From positions 455,814-519,813 of the forward strand of contig CAWGVX010000002.1 in assembly GCA_963826155.1 (NCBI GenBank): a stretch of 64,000 nucleotides of DNA. The letters are read 5' to 3'. The notes under the pieces were generated by a model. The model was not told where the DNA came from, did no database searches, and worked only from the letters and a program-made list of their open reading frames with translations. Source of the DNA: an uncultured Actinomycetota bacterium (GTDB taxonomy: Bacteria; Actinomycetota; Actinomycetes; Propionibacteriales; Nocardioidaceae). The translations under genes were made by a program, and so were the position numbers. Every line of letters begins with the position of its first letter. Positions within the stretch are counted from its first letter, which is position 1. Shown piece after piece: positions 47,084-56,524 of this stretch.

Positions 47084-47437
47084 TCAACGCTCCCGGTCGA
47101 GCTCGCGGCCGGCGTGCTTGACCACCTCGACCGGATCGAGCAGCACGAGCCCCTCGGTCACCAGCTCGTCGAGCGCCGGGAGGAACCCGCGGATCTTGTC
47201 CTCGAGGTCGACGATGATGATCGAGCAGGGCAGGTCGTCGCTGAGGTCGAGGATGCGGGAGGTGTGGATCATCTCGGACTTCCCGAAGCCCTCGATGCCG
47301 TGGAAGACGCTCGCCCCGGCCAGGCCGTGCTCGTGGGCGCGGTGCACGATCTCGGTGTAGAGCGGCCGGTGGTGCCAGCGGTCGTCGGCCCTGACGAAGA
47401 TCGTCAGCCGCACGGCCGGCCCGGACTCGAGTTTCAT
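47084..47437 (-). CDS. DUF190 (PII-like) protein
   Basis: [15 protein letters not shown]...LSDDLP. Confidence 0.9.
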   Translation of the reverse strand: MKLESGPAVRLTIFVRADDRWHHRPLYTEIVHRAHEHGLAGASVFHGIEGFGKSEMIHTSRILDLSDDLPCSIIIVDLEDKIRGFLPALDELVTEGLVLLDPVEVVKHAGRELDRER

Positions 47438-47503
47438 CTGTGCTCCCGCGCTCAGCGTATCGCCTCCCGGCCGGTCAGGGGCGGGGACAGCGACAGGGAC
47501 TGG

Positions 47504-47872
47504 TCAGGACGCCGAGCCGATCGCCAGGCCGACGAGGGCGGCACCCAGGCCGGCCATCAGCGAGATGACGATGTTGAGGCCGGCGTAGAGCCGGGCGCCG
47601 GTCTCGTGGAGCCGCAGCGTCTCGTAGCTGAACGTGCTGTAGGTCGTGAGGGCGCCGCAGAACCCGGTGCCCACCGCCAGCGACACCGCCTCGGGGACGT
47701 GGTGGGCCCGGCCCACCCCGGTCAGCAGCCCGAGGACGAGTGACCCCACGACGTTGGCGGTCATGGTGCCCCACGGGACCACGGTGTCGTGCCGGGCCTG
47801 GACCGCCCGGTCGGTCAGGTAGCGCGCGGGTGCGCCGAGGGCGGCACCCAGGCAGAGGAAGACGAACCCCAT
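47504..47872 (-). CDS. crcB: Fluoride channel Fluc/CrcB (second subunit)
   Basis: PWGTMTANV, GFCGALTTYSTF. Confidence 0.92.
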   Translation of the reverse strand: MGFVFLCLGAALGAPARYLTDRAVQARHDTVVPWGTMTANVVGSLVLGLLTGVGRAHHVPEAVSLAVGTGFCGALTTYSTFSYETLRLHETGARLYAGLNIVISLMAGLGAALVGLAIGSAS

Positions 47873-48438
47873 CAGCGCGCCCGCCCCTCGAGCTCGCGTC
47901 CGCGTGCGCGGCGCAACAGGGCCAGCGCGACGCGTCCGAGGACCACGCCCGCGGTCACCGCGAGCAGCGCGGCCAGGACCGTGCCGAACAGGTAGACCAG
48001 CGCGAGGACCGGCTCGCGGGCGTCCATCAGGTCGGTCGTCTGCACGGTGTAGGTGGAGAAGGTGGTGAAGCCGCCGAGCACGCCGACCCCCACGAACGGA
48101 CGCAGCAGCGGATGGCCGGCGCCCAGCTCCACGACGTACACCATCAGCAGGCCGATCAGGGCGCAGCCAGCCGCGTTGGTGAGGAACGTGGCCCACGGGA
48201 AGTCGCCCGCGGCCACCGGCCAGGCCAGCTCCAGCGCGTGCCGGGCGCTCGCACCCACCATGCCGCCGAGCGCGATCGTCGGCAGCATCCAGCGGTGCGC
48301 GCTCCACTCCCGGCGCTGCCGGGGCTGGCTGAGGTCGACGTCCGGGTCGACCGGCCCGTGCTCGGGGTCCCCGTGCCGAGGCTCGCGGTCGCGCGGCGCC
48401 GAGCTCTTCGGCAGCGTGTCGCGCGGTTCCTCGGGCAT
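47872..48438 (-). CDS. crcB: Fluoride channel Fluc/CrcB (first subunit, N-terminal extension)
   Basis: FPWATFLTN, GVLGGFTTFSTY. Confidence 0.92.
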   Translation of the reverse strand: MPEEPRDTLPKSSAPRDREPRHGDPEHGPVDPDVDLSQPRQRREWSAHRWMLPTIALGGMVGASARHALELAWPVAAGDFPWATFLTNAAGCALIGLLMVYVVELGAGHPLLRPFVGVGVLGGFTTFSTYTVQTTDLMDAREPVLALVYLFGTVLAALLAVTAGVVLGRVALALLRRARGRELEGRAR

Positions 48439-48444
48439 GGCGCT

Positions 48445-48522
48445 CCTACCTGTGTCGTCTCGTCGTCAGGTAGGGACTGTTGGCAGCGCGTCGCTGCGGT
48501 TGTCGGCGAGCCCCACCGCCAT
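48445..48522 (-). ncRNA. Fluoride (crcB) riboswitch with anti-SD expression platform
   Basis: Minus strand GGCGGTGGGGCTCGCC-GACAACC-GCAGCG(ACG)CGCTGC-CAACAGTCCCTAC directly upstream of crcB. Confidence 0.8.
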
Positions 48523-48631
48523 CGACGGCTCAGTCTAACGACGTCCCGCGGCCCGGTCCGGCCCCGGGACGGACAGCACGAAGGGGGCCCGGCGCCGCGG
48601 TGGCGCAGGACCCCCTCCATGAGGTGCCGGG

Positions 48632-49786
48632 TCAGCGGCTGAGGAACGAGCTCCACATCGGCTTCACGCCGTTGGCGGCGTCGCCGGCGTGGCCGAGGTA
48701 GCCCAGGCCCCAGTTCTGCTCGATGGTGGTGAGCAGCGAGTAGTGGTTGTAGGCGTGGTGGTCCACGTGGCCGCCCCTGGACTGGTGGCCCACGATGATC
48801 GCGGGGATCAGGCCGCCGCCGTAGGTGCCGCCCGGCCAGTCCTTGGAGATGCGCGGGTCGCCGGCCTCGACGTACGGCGAGTCGCAGCAGCCGTCGGTGC
48901 TCTCCCAGCCGCCGTTGGTCTCGTCGCCGGTGTAGTCGTTCTCGTCGGTGACGATCACGATGGCCGAGTGCTTCGTCCAGGCCTTGGAGTGGCGGATGGT
49001 GCGGACGGCCTGCTTGACGAACGTGTCGGCCTTCTGCTTCAGCGCCGCGTCGTTGGCGTCGTCCTTGGCGCTGCCGTACGGGCAGGGGGTCTCGGGGTGG
49101 TCCGCGACCGTGTCGTAGACGCCGCCGTGCATGTCGTTGCACTGGTTCGGCGAGATCCAGACGAACTCCGGGGCGTCCTTGCCGTTCAGGTCACTGCCGA
49201 GCGCGGTGTAGTCCTTGACCTTGGCCATCCGCTCGGGGTTGTTCTTCACGTCGTCGAAGAGCACGAACGGGTTGTGCTTCTTGGCATAGAGCGAGATCTG
49301 GGTGCCGTCGGCCCGGTCGGGACCGAAGCGCGCCAGCTTGTCGGCCGGCAGGTCCTGCATGTAGGCGCCCCAGCTGACGTGCCTGGCCTCGAGCTGGTCG
49401 ACGAGGTTCTTCCGGTCGAGGTTGACGATGTTCTGGTCGTTGTCGTCCTGGATGCCGAAGTTGTCACCAGCGATCGACGCGATGTAGTTCGGCATCGACG
49501 GGTGGGTGACGCCGTAGTAGTGGTCGGCCATCGTGTAGTGGTGCGCGAGCTTGGTGATGTACGGCGCGTTCGCGTCGTCGATCACGCTCGACTTCGAGTG
49601 GTTCTCGAGCATGATCACGTAGACGTGGTCGAGGCTGCCCTTCGCCCACACGCTGGAGTGCTTGGCTGCGTCCGCGGTGGCGTGGGCGCCCGGGTGGGCG
49701 TGCGGGGCGGCCTGGGCGGCGGAGACTGCGGTCGCCACGACGGCGGTGGTCGCGGCTGCTGCCGCGGCGATACGACGAGGTCGCAC
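48632..49786 (-). CDS. Secreted phosphoesterase (acid phosphatase / PLC-like family)
   Basis: Signal peptide, HVYVIMLENH, HPSMPNY, YAKKHNPF, PNQCNDMH, VTDEND, YNHYSLL. Confidence 0.88.
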   Translation of the reverse strand: MRPRRIAAAAAATTAVVATAVSAAQAAPHAHPGAHATADAAKHSSVWAKGSLDHVYVIMLENHSKSSVIDDANAPYITKLAHHYTMADHYYGVTHPSMPNYIASIAGDNFGIQDDNDQNIVNLDRKNLVDQLEARHVSWGAYMQDLPADKLARFGPDRADGTQISLYAKKHNPFVLFDDVKNNPERMAKVKDYTALGSDLNGKDAPEFVWISPNQCNDMHGGVYDTVADHPETPCPYGSAKDDANDAALKQKADTFVKQAVRTIRHSKAWTKHSAIVIVTDENDYTGDETNGGWESTDGCCDSPYVEAGDPRISKDWPGGTYGGGLIPAIIVGHQSRGGHVDHHAYNHYSLLTTIEQNWGLGYLGHAGDAANGVKPMWSSFLSR

Positions 49787-50173
49787 GATGGTTCCTTTCG
49801 AGAGCTGGGCCGAGGCCGGCCCAGTGAGAGTGGCCCTGCGTGGAAATGCCTGGTGAGGACCGTCCGGCCGGACGGCACCCGGTCTCCGATCGCGTTCCCC
49901 GGTTCACCCCCCCCGACGTCGGCCGTCGATCGCAGAGCGACCGCCGACGCCAGGGACCGCCACCCGTCGAAGGCGGCTGGTCACGGCACCCTGGTGCGGT
50001 CCGTCGCAGGCCGGGAGTCAAGCAGAGGCGGTCCGCCGTGTCTAGGAAATCGGGACAATTCGCAGCGTCGCGTACGACGGCGCGGCGACCTTGCTCCGCC
50101 GGCGCGGACCACAGAAGGATCTGCGCGCCTCCGGCCGGGGTCGAGCTGGGGTCGACGCGGCCCCCGGGGGGAT

Positions 50174-50263
50174 GGCTTCACCTAGGTATGTCGACCGAGG
50201 TTCGCTGCCCTAGCCGAATTCGGCCCGGGAAGCGGCGCTTCCCCGACATACCTAGGTGAAGCC
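50174..50263. repeat. 90-bp element with perfect 20-bp terminal inverted repeats
   Basis: GGCTTCACCTAGGTATGTCG (50174-50193) and its exact reverse complement (50244-50263). Confidence 0.85.
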
Positions 50264-50317
50264 GGGCCAGGAGGACGGCAGGGGCCGGGGCGGCCGCGTC
50301 CGGCCGGGCGGTGGCTG

Positions 50318-51406
50318 TCACAGCCGGCCGACGAGGTCGGCGGCGGTCTCGCGCGCACTCTGGCCGACCCCGGCCAGGGTGGCGGAGGCGGGGCCGACCC
50401 AGTCGCCGTACCCGACCAGGTAGAGGCGCGGCTCGTGGAGGGCCCGGGTGCCGGGCGGCCCGCCGACCGGGACCCGTCCGTCATGGTCGCGCAGGCCGAG
50501 CTCCCTGAGGTGCTGCAGCGCGGGCCGGAAGCCGGTGCACCAGATCACGGCGTCCGCGGGGTGGGTGGTGCCGTCGGCCCAGGCCACGCCGGTGGTGGTG
50601 AGGCGGTCGAACATCGGTTGCGCCTTCAGGACGCCCCGGTCGCGTGCCTCCCGTACGCCGGGGACCATCACGATGTCGCCGAGCCCGGCGACGCCGGCGT
50701 GGTCGCGACCCTCGCGGAGGGCCTGGATGCGGGCCCGGGCGGTCGCGAAGAGCACCCGTCCGTCGACGTCGTCGGCAAGGAACCGGGGCGGCCTCGCCGT
50801 GACCCAGGTGGTGTCCGCGACCCGGGAGACCTCGGCCAGGATCTGGGCGGCCGAGTTGCCACCGCCGACGATCACGACCTGCTGCCCGGCGAACAGGTCA
50901 GGTCGGCGGTAGTCCGAGGCGTGCAGCTGCCGGCCCGCGAACTCGCGCATCCCCGGGTAGGACGGCCAGAACGGCCGGTCCCAGGTGCCGGTCGCGGAGA
51001 CGACGAACCGGGTGCTGATGGCCGGTCCGGGGCCGGCGACCAGCAGCTGCCCCGCCGGGTCGTCGTCGGCGCGGGTGACGGCGTCGACGCGGTGCGGCCG
51101 GCGCACGCGCAGGTCGTAGCGGGCCTCGTAGCGCGTCAGGTAGTCCACGACGTGGGCGCGGGGCGGGTATCCGTGCTCGGCGTCGTTCCAGGCCGGCATC
51201 ATCCAGCCGGGCAGCGAGGAGTGGGTGGAGGGGGAGAAGAGCCTCAGGTCCTCCCACATGTGCGACCACGAGCCGCCGGGTGCGGCGCCGGCGTCGAGGA
51301 TGACGAAGTCCTCGCCGGGAGTGAGTCCGGCGCGGCGCAGGTAGAAGCCGGTGGCGAGGCCGGCCTGGCCACCGCCCACGACGACGGCCTGGGTGCGGGC
51401 GGGCAC
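50318..51406 (-). CDS. arsO: ArsO-like flavin-containing monooxygenase
   Basis: GGGQAG, QLHASDY, GGGNSA, WCTGFRP; downstream of arsR in an ars cluster. Confidence 0.8.
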   Translation of the reverse strand: MPARTQAVVVGGGQAGLATGFYLRRAGLTPGEDFVILDAGAAPGGSWSHMWEDLRLFSPSTHSSLPGWMMPAWNDAEHGYPPRAHVVDYLTRYEARYDLRVRRPHRVDAVTRADDDPAGQLLVAGPGPAISTRFVVSATGTWDRPFWPSYPGMREFAGRQLHASDYRRPDLFAGQQVVIVGGGNSAAQILAEVSRVADTTWVTARPPRFLADDVDGRVLFATARARIQALREGRDHAGVAGLGDIVMVPGVREARDRGVLKAQPMFDRLTTTGVAWADGTTHPADAVIWCTGFRPALQHLRELGLRDHDGRVPVGGPPGTRALHEPRLYLVGYGDWVGPASATLAGVGQSARETAADLVGRL

Positions 51407-51417
51407 GAGCGGGTCGG

Positions 51418-51798
51418 TCAGCCGGTGAAGGCGAGGGCGTCGCGCACCTCGGCGAGGCGCTCGGGGACGACCCGGTAGTAGACCCAGGTGCCGCGCTTCT
51501 CGGTCGCGACCAGCCCGGCCTCGCGCAGCAGCTTGAGGTGGTGGCTGGTGGTGGCGGCGGTCTTCCCGATGCCGGCGCTGAAGTCGCAGGCGCACACCTC
51601 GTCGGCGTTGAGCAGCATCGACATGATCTTCACCCGGGCGGGGTCGGCCAGCGCCTTGAACATGCGGGCCAGCTCGGTTGCCGCGTCGTCACTCACGCTC
51701 GACGACGGGGTGCAGCAGGCGGCGATCACCGGGAGCGCAGTGCCCGGGCCAGGAGTCGCGGATCGGGTCACGGCCGGGGCGGTTTTCGTGCTGCTCAC
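51418..51798 (-). CDS. arsR: ArsR/SmtB regulator
   Basis: AACCTP, FKALADPARVKI, EVCACDF, SHHLKLLREAGLV...GTWVYY. Confidence 0.88.
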   Translation of the reverse strand: MSSTKTAPAVTRSATPGPGTALPVIAACCTPSSSVSDDAATELARMFKALADPARVKIMSMLLNADEVCACDFSAGIGKTAATTSHHLKLLREAGLVATEKRGTWVYYRVVPERLAEVRDALAFTG

Positions 51799-51829
51799 GG
51801 GCCCCAGCCTATCCGGGAACCACGGCTGT

Positions 51830-51891
51830 TTCGAGAAATGTCGAAGAAATGCTTTGATCTCTGTCGAACCTATGCTTCGATGAATGTCGAA
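51830..51891. promoter_or_regulatory. Three ArsR-type operator palindromes TT(C/T)GA-N6-TCGAA with 23-bp period
   Basis: 51830-51845, 51853-51868 and 51876-51891 in the divergent arsR/arsI intergenic region. Confidence 0.75.
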
Positions 51892-51926
51892 TCATCCTTC
51901 GTTCCCTTCCCGACAGGAGCACCGAC

Positions 51927-52364
51927 ATGTCCCGCCTGCAGCTCGCCCTCAATGTCGACGACATCGACGCGGCCGTGGACTTCTACACCACGCTGTTCGA
52001 CACCGCCCCGGCCAAGCGCCGGCCCGGCTACGCCAACTTCGCGGTGGCGGACCCGCCGCTGAAGCTGGTGCTCTTCGAGAACCCCGACGCCACCGGCACG
52101 CTGAACCACCTCGGCGTCGAGCGCGAGTCGATGGAGGAGGTCGAGGCCCAGGCGGACCGGCTGGAGGCGGCCGGCCTGCAGCTCCGCGTGGAGGGCGACG
52201 TGGTCTGCTGCTACGCGCGCCAGGACAAGCACTGGGTCACCGGTCCCGACGGTCAGTCCTGGGAGAACTACGTCGTGCGCGCCGACGCCCAGCCCGAGCT
52301 CGAGGGCAGGACGTACGCCGACCTCGGGCTCAGCGCGGCCTCGGGCGGCGGCTGCTGCTCCTGA
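51927..52364 (+). CDS. arsI: ArsI/CadI family glyoxalase-fold protein (C-As lyase-like)
   Basis: QLALNV, PLKLVLFEN, LNHLGVE, CCYARQDKHWVTGPDG..WE. Confidence 0.85.
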   Translation: MSRLQLALNVDDIDAAVDFYTTLFDTAPAKRRPGYANFAVADPPLKLVLFENPDATGTLNHLGVERESMEEVEAQADRLEAAGLQLRVEGDVVCCYARQDKHWVTGPDGQSWENYVVRADAQPELEGRTYADLGLSAASGGGCCS

Positions 52365-52438
52365 GTGGGTGGCGGCAGGTGCCGACCCGGGCCGACCGGC
52401 ACTTGCCGCCGGACATCGACGGCTGTCAACATAGACGC

Positions 52439-52861
52439 GTGTCGAAATCCTCTGGCGTCTCGACGCCCCGGCAACTGCCGCTCGCCGAGGGCTCCCTGAC
52501 GTGTTGCGTCCCGCTCGCGCACCAGCCGATGAGTGCCGGGCAGGCCGCGCAGGTGGCGCTCCTGCTGAAGGCGATCGCCGACCCGGCCCGGTTGCGGCTG
52601 CTCTCACTCGTGCTCTCCCACGAGGGTGCCGAGGCCTGCGTGTGCGACCTGACGCCGTACTTCGACCTGAGCCAGCCCACGATCAGCCACCACCTCAAGG
52701 TGCTGCACGAGAGCGGTCTGCTGGACCGCGAGAAGCGGGGGACCTGGGTGTTCTACAAGGCGCGCCCCGAGGCCATGGCCGCACTCGGCAGCCTGTTCGC
52801 GACCGGAGCCCTCGACGAGGCGGCCGGCCCCGGCGCGGGACTGGTGGGGGCCGACGGATGA
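52439..52861 (+). CDS. arsR: ArsR/SmtB regulator
   Basis: TCCVPL, KAIADPARLRL, EACVCDL, SQPTISHHLKVL. Confidence 0.88.
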   Translation: MSKSSGVSTPRQLPLAEGSLTCCVPLAHQPMSAGQAAQVALLLKAIADPARLRLLSLVLSHEGAEACVCDLTPYFDLSQPTISHHLKVLHESGLLDREKRGTWVFYKARPEAMAALGSLFATGALDEAAGPGAGLVGADG

Positions 52862-53973
52862 GCGACACGGTGCGCGAGGGCGGCGCGACCCGCAGCGACG
52901 GGACGGTCCTCCGGCAGCTCTCGACCCTGGACCGGTTCCTGCCGGTCTGGATCATCGCCGCGATGGTTCTCGGCCTGCTGCTCGGCCGCCTCGTGCCGGG
53001 GCTGGACGACGCGCTCGCGGCGGTCGAGATCGGATCGGTGTCGCTGCCGATCGCGGTCGGACTGCTCGTGATGATGTACCCGGTGCTGGCCAAGGTGCGC
53101 TACGACGAGCTCGGCCACGTCACCGGCGACCGGCGCCTGCTGGTGACCTCGATCCTGCTCAACTGGGTGCTCGGTCCCGCGCTGATGTTCACGCTGGCCT
53201 GGCTGCTGCTGCCCGACCTGCCCGACTACCGCACCGGCCTGATCATCGTGGGGCTGGCCCGCTGCATCGCGATGGTGCTGATCTGGAACGACCTGGCCTG
53301 CGGCGACCGCGAGGCCGCCGCGATCCTGGTGGCGCTCAACGCGGTCTTCCAGATCCTCGCGTTCGCCGTGCTCGGCTGGTTCTACCTCCAGGTCCTGCCC
53401 GGGTGGCTGGGCCTGGCGCAGGACGCGCTCGACGTCTCCATGTGGGGCATCGCCCGGTCCGTGCTGGTCTTCCTCGGCATCCCCCTGCTCGCCGGCTACC
53501 TCACCCGCACCCTCGGCGAGCGCGCCAGGGGCCGCGACTGGTACGAGGCCGAGCTGCTGCCCCGGATCGGTCCCGCCGCGCTCTACGGGCTGCTGTTCAC
53601 GATCGTCATCCTCTTCGCCCTGCAGGGCCGCACCATCACCAGCCAGCCGCTCGACGTGGCCCGCATCGCCGTACCCCTGCTGGTCTACTTCGCCGTGATG
53701 TGGGGCGGGTCGATGCTGCTGACGAAGGCGCTCGGCTTCGACTACCAGCGCGCCACCGCGGTCTCCTTCACCGCCGCCGGCAACAACTTCGAGCTCGCCA
53801 TCGCCGTCGCCATCGGCGTCTTCGGTGTCGCCTCCGGCCAGGCCCTCGCGGGCGTGGTCGGGCCGCTGATCGAGGTCCCCGCCCTCGTCGGGCTGGTCTA
53901 CGTCAGCCTCTGGGCCCGCCGCTTGTTCCCCGACCGCGGCGCCGCCACCACCTCGACGGGAGCTCTCCAGTGA
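52858..53973 (+). CDS. acr3: Acr3 arsenite efflux permease
   Basis: LSTLDRFLPVWI, MMYPVLAKV, GLARCIAMV, NNFELAIAVA, GPLIEVP. Confidence 0.95.
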   Translation: MSDTVREGGATRSDGTVLRQLSTLDRFLPVWIIAAMVLGLLLGRLVPGLDDALAAVEIGSVSLPIAVGLLVMMYPVLAKVRYDELGHVTGDRRLLVTSILLNWVLGPALMFTLAWLLLPDLPDYRTGLIIVGLARCIAMVLIWNDLACGDREAAAILVALNAVFQILAFAVLGWFYLQVLPGWLGLAQDALDVSMWGIARSVLVFLGIPLLAGYLTRTLGERARGRDWYEAELLPRIGPAALYGLLFTIVILFALQGRTITSQPLDVARIAVPLLVYFAVMWGGSMLLTKALGFDYQRATAVSFTAAGNNFELAIAVAIGVFGVASGQALAGVVGPLIEVPALVGLVYVSLWARRLFPDRGAATTSTGALQ

Positions 53974-54437
53974 CCGGTGCAGTGACCGGTGCAGTGACCG
54001 CCACCCGCGCCCCCCAGGTCGTCTTCGCCTGCGTCCGCAACGGCGGGCGCTCGGTCGCGGCCCGGGTGCTCACCGAGCACTACGCCGGCGGTCGCGTCGT
54101 CGCGCTCTCGGCCGGCACCCAGCCCGGCGAGCACATCCACCCCGAGGTCGCCGAGGTGCTCGAGAAGCTCGGCCTCGACACCTCCGCCGAGCACCCCAAG
54201 ATGCTCACCCGCGAGACCGTGGCGGCGAGCGACCTGGCGATCACCCTCGGCTGCGGCGAGGAGTGCCCCTACGTCCCGGGCGTGAGGTACGTCGACTGGC
54301 CGGTCGACGACCCGGGCGGGCAGGACGAGGCGACCGTGCGCCGGATCATCGCCGACCTCGACGGGCGGGTCCGCTCCCTGCTGGTCGACCTCGTCCCGGG
54401 CCTGGCGCTGCCGCCGTCGGTGCTCGCCCGGGGCTGA
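53970..54437 (+). CDS. arsC: LMW arsenate reductase / arsenate-mycothiol transferase
   Basis: CVRNGGRS (CX5R), SAGTQP, TLGCGEECPYVPG, DWPVDDP. Confidence 0.85.
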   Translation: MTGAVTGAVTATRAPQVVFACVRNGGRSVAARVLTEHYAGGRVVALSAGTQPGEHIHPEVAEVLEKLGLDTSAEHPKMLTRETVAASDLAITLGCGEECPYVPGVRYVDWPVDDPGGQDEATVRRIIADLDGRVRSLLVDLVPGLALPPSVLARG

Positions 54438-54464
54438 GGGTGCCTGCAGCTGCCGAGCCGGGGC

Positions 54465-56150
54465 TCAGGCGTCGATGACGATCGGGATGATCAGGGGGCT
54501 TCGCCGGAAGGCCTTGTGCGACCAGCGCCCGATGTCCCGGCTGAGCATCTGCTCGAGCTGGTGGGCGTCGCCGATGCCCTCGGACGCGGCCCGCGCGAGC
54601 GCCCGCTCGATGACCGGCTCGGCGGCGTCGAACGCGTCGGGCTCGTGCACGAAGCCGCGGACGAGGAAGTCCGGCCGGTCCGCGAGCAGGCCGGTGTCGG
54701 CGTCGACGATCACGAGCACGGTGACGACGCCCTGCTCGGCGAGGGTGCGGCGGTCCTTGAGCGTGGCCTCGGTGGCGCCGCCGACGGTCGCCGCGTCGAC
54801 GTACACGTTGCCGGCGGGCACCTTGCCCGTGATGCTGGCCCGCCCGTTCACGAGGTCGACCACCACGCCGTCCTCGGCGATGACCACGTGGTCGGGGTCG
54901 ATGCCGGTGCTGATGGCCAGGTCGGCGTTCGCGCGGAGGTGCCGCCACTCGCCGTGCACCGGCATGACGTTGCGGGGCCGGATGATGTTGTAGCAGTAGA
55001 CCAGCTCGCCGGCGCTGGCGTGGCCCGAGACGTGCACCTTGGCGTTGCCCTTGTGGACCACGCTGGCACCCCACCGGGTCAGTCCGTTGATGACCGTCGA
55101 GATGGCGTTCTCGTTCCCCGGGATGACCGAGCTCGCCATCAGGATCGTGTCGCCCTCGCCGACGCGGATCTTGTGGTCGCGGTTGGCCATCCGGGAGAGG
55201 GCCGCCATCGGCTCCCCCTGCGACCCGGTGCAGATGAGGGTGACCTTGTTCGGAGCCATGCGCTCGAGCTCGTTCAGCGGAACGACCAGCTTCGGGGGTA
55301 CGTCGAGGTAGCCGAGGTCCTGGGCGACGCCCATGTTGCGGACCATCGAGCGCCCGACGAAGGCCACCTTGCGGCCGTGGGCCTGGGCGGCGTCCAGCAC
55401 CTGCTGGATGCGGTGCACGTGGCTGGCGAAGCTGGAGACGATGATGCGTCGCGGGGCGTCGCGGAACACCTTCTCGATCGCCGGGGCGAGGTCGCGCTCC
55501 GACGTGGTGAAGCCCGGGACCTCGGCGTTGGTGGAGTCCGCCAGGAAGAGGTCCACGCCCTCGTCGCCCAGGCGCGCGAACCCCCGTAGGTCGGTGATCC
55601 GGCGGTCCAGCGGGAACTGGTCCATCTTGAAGTCCCCCGTGTGGAGCACCAGCCCCGCGCGGCTGCGGATGGCGACGGCGAGCCCGTCGGGGATCGAGTG
55701 GTTGACGGCGAGGAACTCGCAGCCGAAGGCCCCCAGGTCCACCGTGTCGCCCTCGGCGACCTCGCGCAGGCGGGGCCGGATCCGGTGCTCCTTCAGCTTC
55801 TCCTTGATGAGCGCCAGGGTCAGCCGAGACCCGATGACCGGGATGTCGGGGCGCTCCCGCAGCAGGTAGGGCACCCCGCCGATGTGGTCCTCGTGCCCGT
55901 GGGTCAGCACCAGGCCCACGACGGAGTCCAGCCGGTCCCGGATCCAGCTGAAGTCGGGCAGGATCACGTCGATGCCCGGCTGGTGCTCCTCGGGGAAGAG
56001 CACGCCGCAGTCGACGATCAGGAGCGACCCGTCGTGCTCGAAGACGGTCATGTTGCGGCCGATCTCGCCCAGGCCGCCCAGGCCCACGATGCGGAGTCCG
56101 CCCTTGGGTAGCCGTGGCGGCCTCTGCAGCTCGGGGTGGGGGTGACTCAC
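54465..56150 (-). CDS. rnj: Ribonuclease J
   Basis: [51 protein letters not shown]. Confidence 0.96.
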   Translation of the reverse strand: MSHPHPELQRPPRLPKGGLRIVGLGGLGEIGRNMTVFEHDGSLLIVDCGVLFPEEHQPGIDVILPDFSWIRDRLDSVVGLVLTHGHEDHIGGVPYLLRERPDIPVIGSRLTLALIKEKLKEHRIRPRLREVAEGDTVDLGAFGCEFLAVNHSIPDGLAVAIRSRAGLVLHTGDFKMDQFPLDRRITDLRGFARLGDEGVDLFLADSTNAEVPGFTTSERDLAPAIEKVFRDAPRRIIVSSFASHVHRIQQVLDAAQAHGRKVAFVGRSMVRNMGVAQDLGYLDVPPKLVVPLNELERMAPNKVTLICTGSQGEPMAALSRMANRDHKIRVGEGDTILMASSVIPGNENAISTVINGLTRWGASVVHKGNAKVHVSGHASAGELVYCYNIIRPRNVMPVHGEWRHLRANADLAISTGIDPDHVVIAEDGVVVDLVNGRASITGKVPAGNVYVDAATVGGATEATLKDRRTLAEQGVVTVLVIVDADTGLLADRPDFLVRGFVHEPDAFDAAEPVIERALARAASEGIGDAHQLEQMLSRDIGRWSHKAFRRSPLIIPIVIDA

Positions 56151-56266
56151 GGGCGACTCCGTTCTCGGGTGGTGCAGGCGACTGGGGGTCAATCCTGCCG
56201 CACCCGCGCTGCGCGGTCGGTACGGGCGCCGCTGCACACGGCACCGAACTGGCTAACGTGGGTCCG

Positions 56267-56429
56267 ATGCCGAACCGTCTTGCGACCGCGACCTCGCCGT
56301 ACCTCCTCCAGCACGCCGACAAACCGGTGGACTGGTGGGAGTGGGGCAGCGAGCCCTTCGAGGAGGCGCGGCGCCGCAACGTCCCGGTGTTGCTCAGCGT
56401 CGGCTACGCCACTGGTGCCACGTGATGGC
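56267..56429 (+). pseudogene. Original 5' fragment of the YyaL/DUF255 thioredoxin-domain gene, displaced by island insertion
   Basis: [27 protein letters not shown]...LLSVGYA; 37/48 aa identical to the 5' end at 61174; host-like codons; 7-bp deletion before the core. Confidence 0.85.
56408..56429 (+). repeat. attL-like core, 22-bp direct repeat GCCACTGGTGCCACGTGATGGC
   Basis: Identical to 61322-61343. Confidence 0.9.
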
Positions 56430-56524
56430 CGGTGGGCGTGAGGGTAGGGCGGCGGGCCAGGTTCAGGCGTAGAGCGGCTCGTTCTGTCCGGCCGGCACCC
56501 AGGTGGTTCCGGTCTTTCCGGAAC

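Noticed and set aside
49840-50170. Possible small ORFs or ncRNA upstream of the phosphoesterase
   Set aside because: No coding bias and no recognisable RNA family motif.
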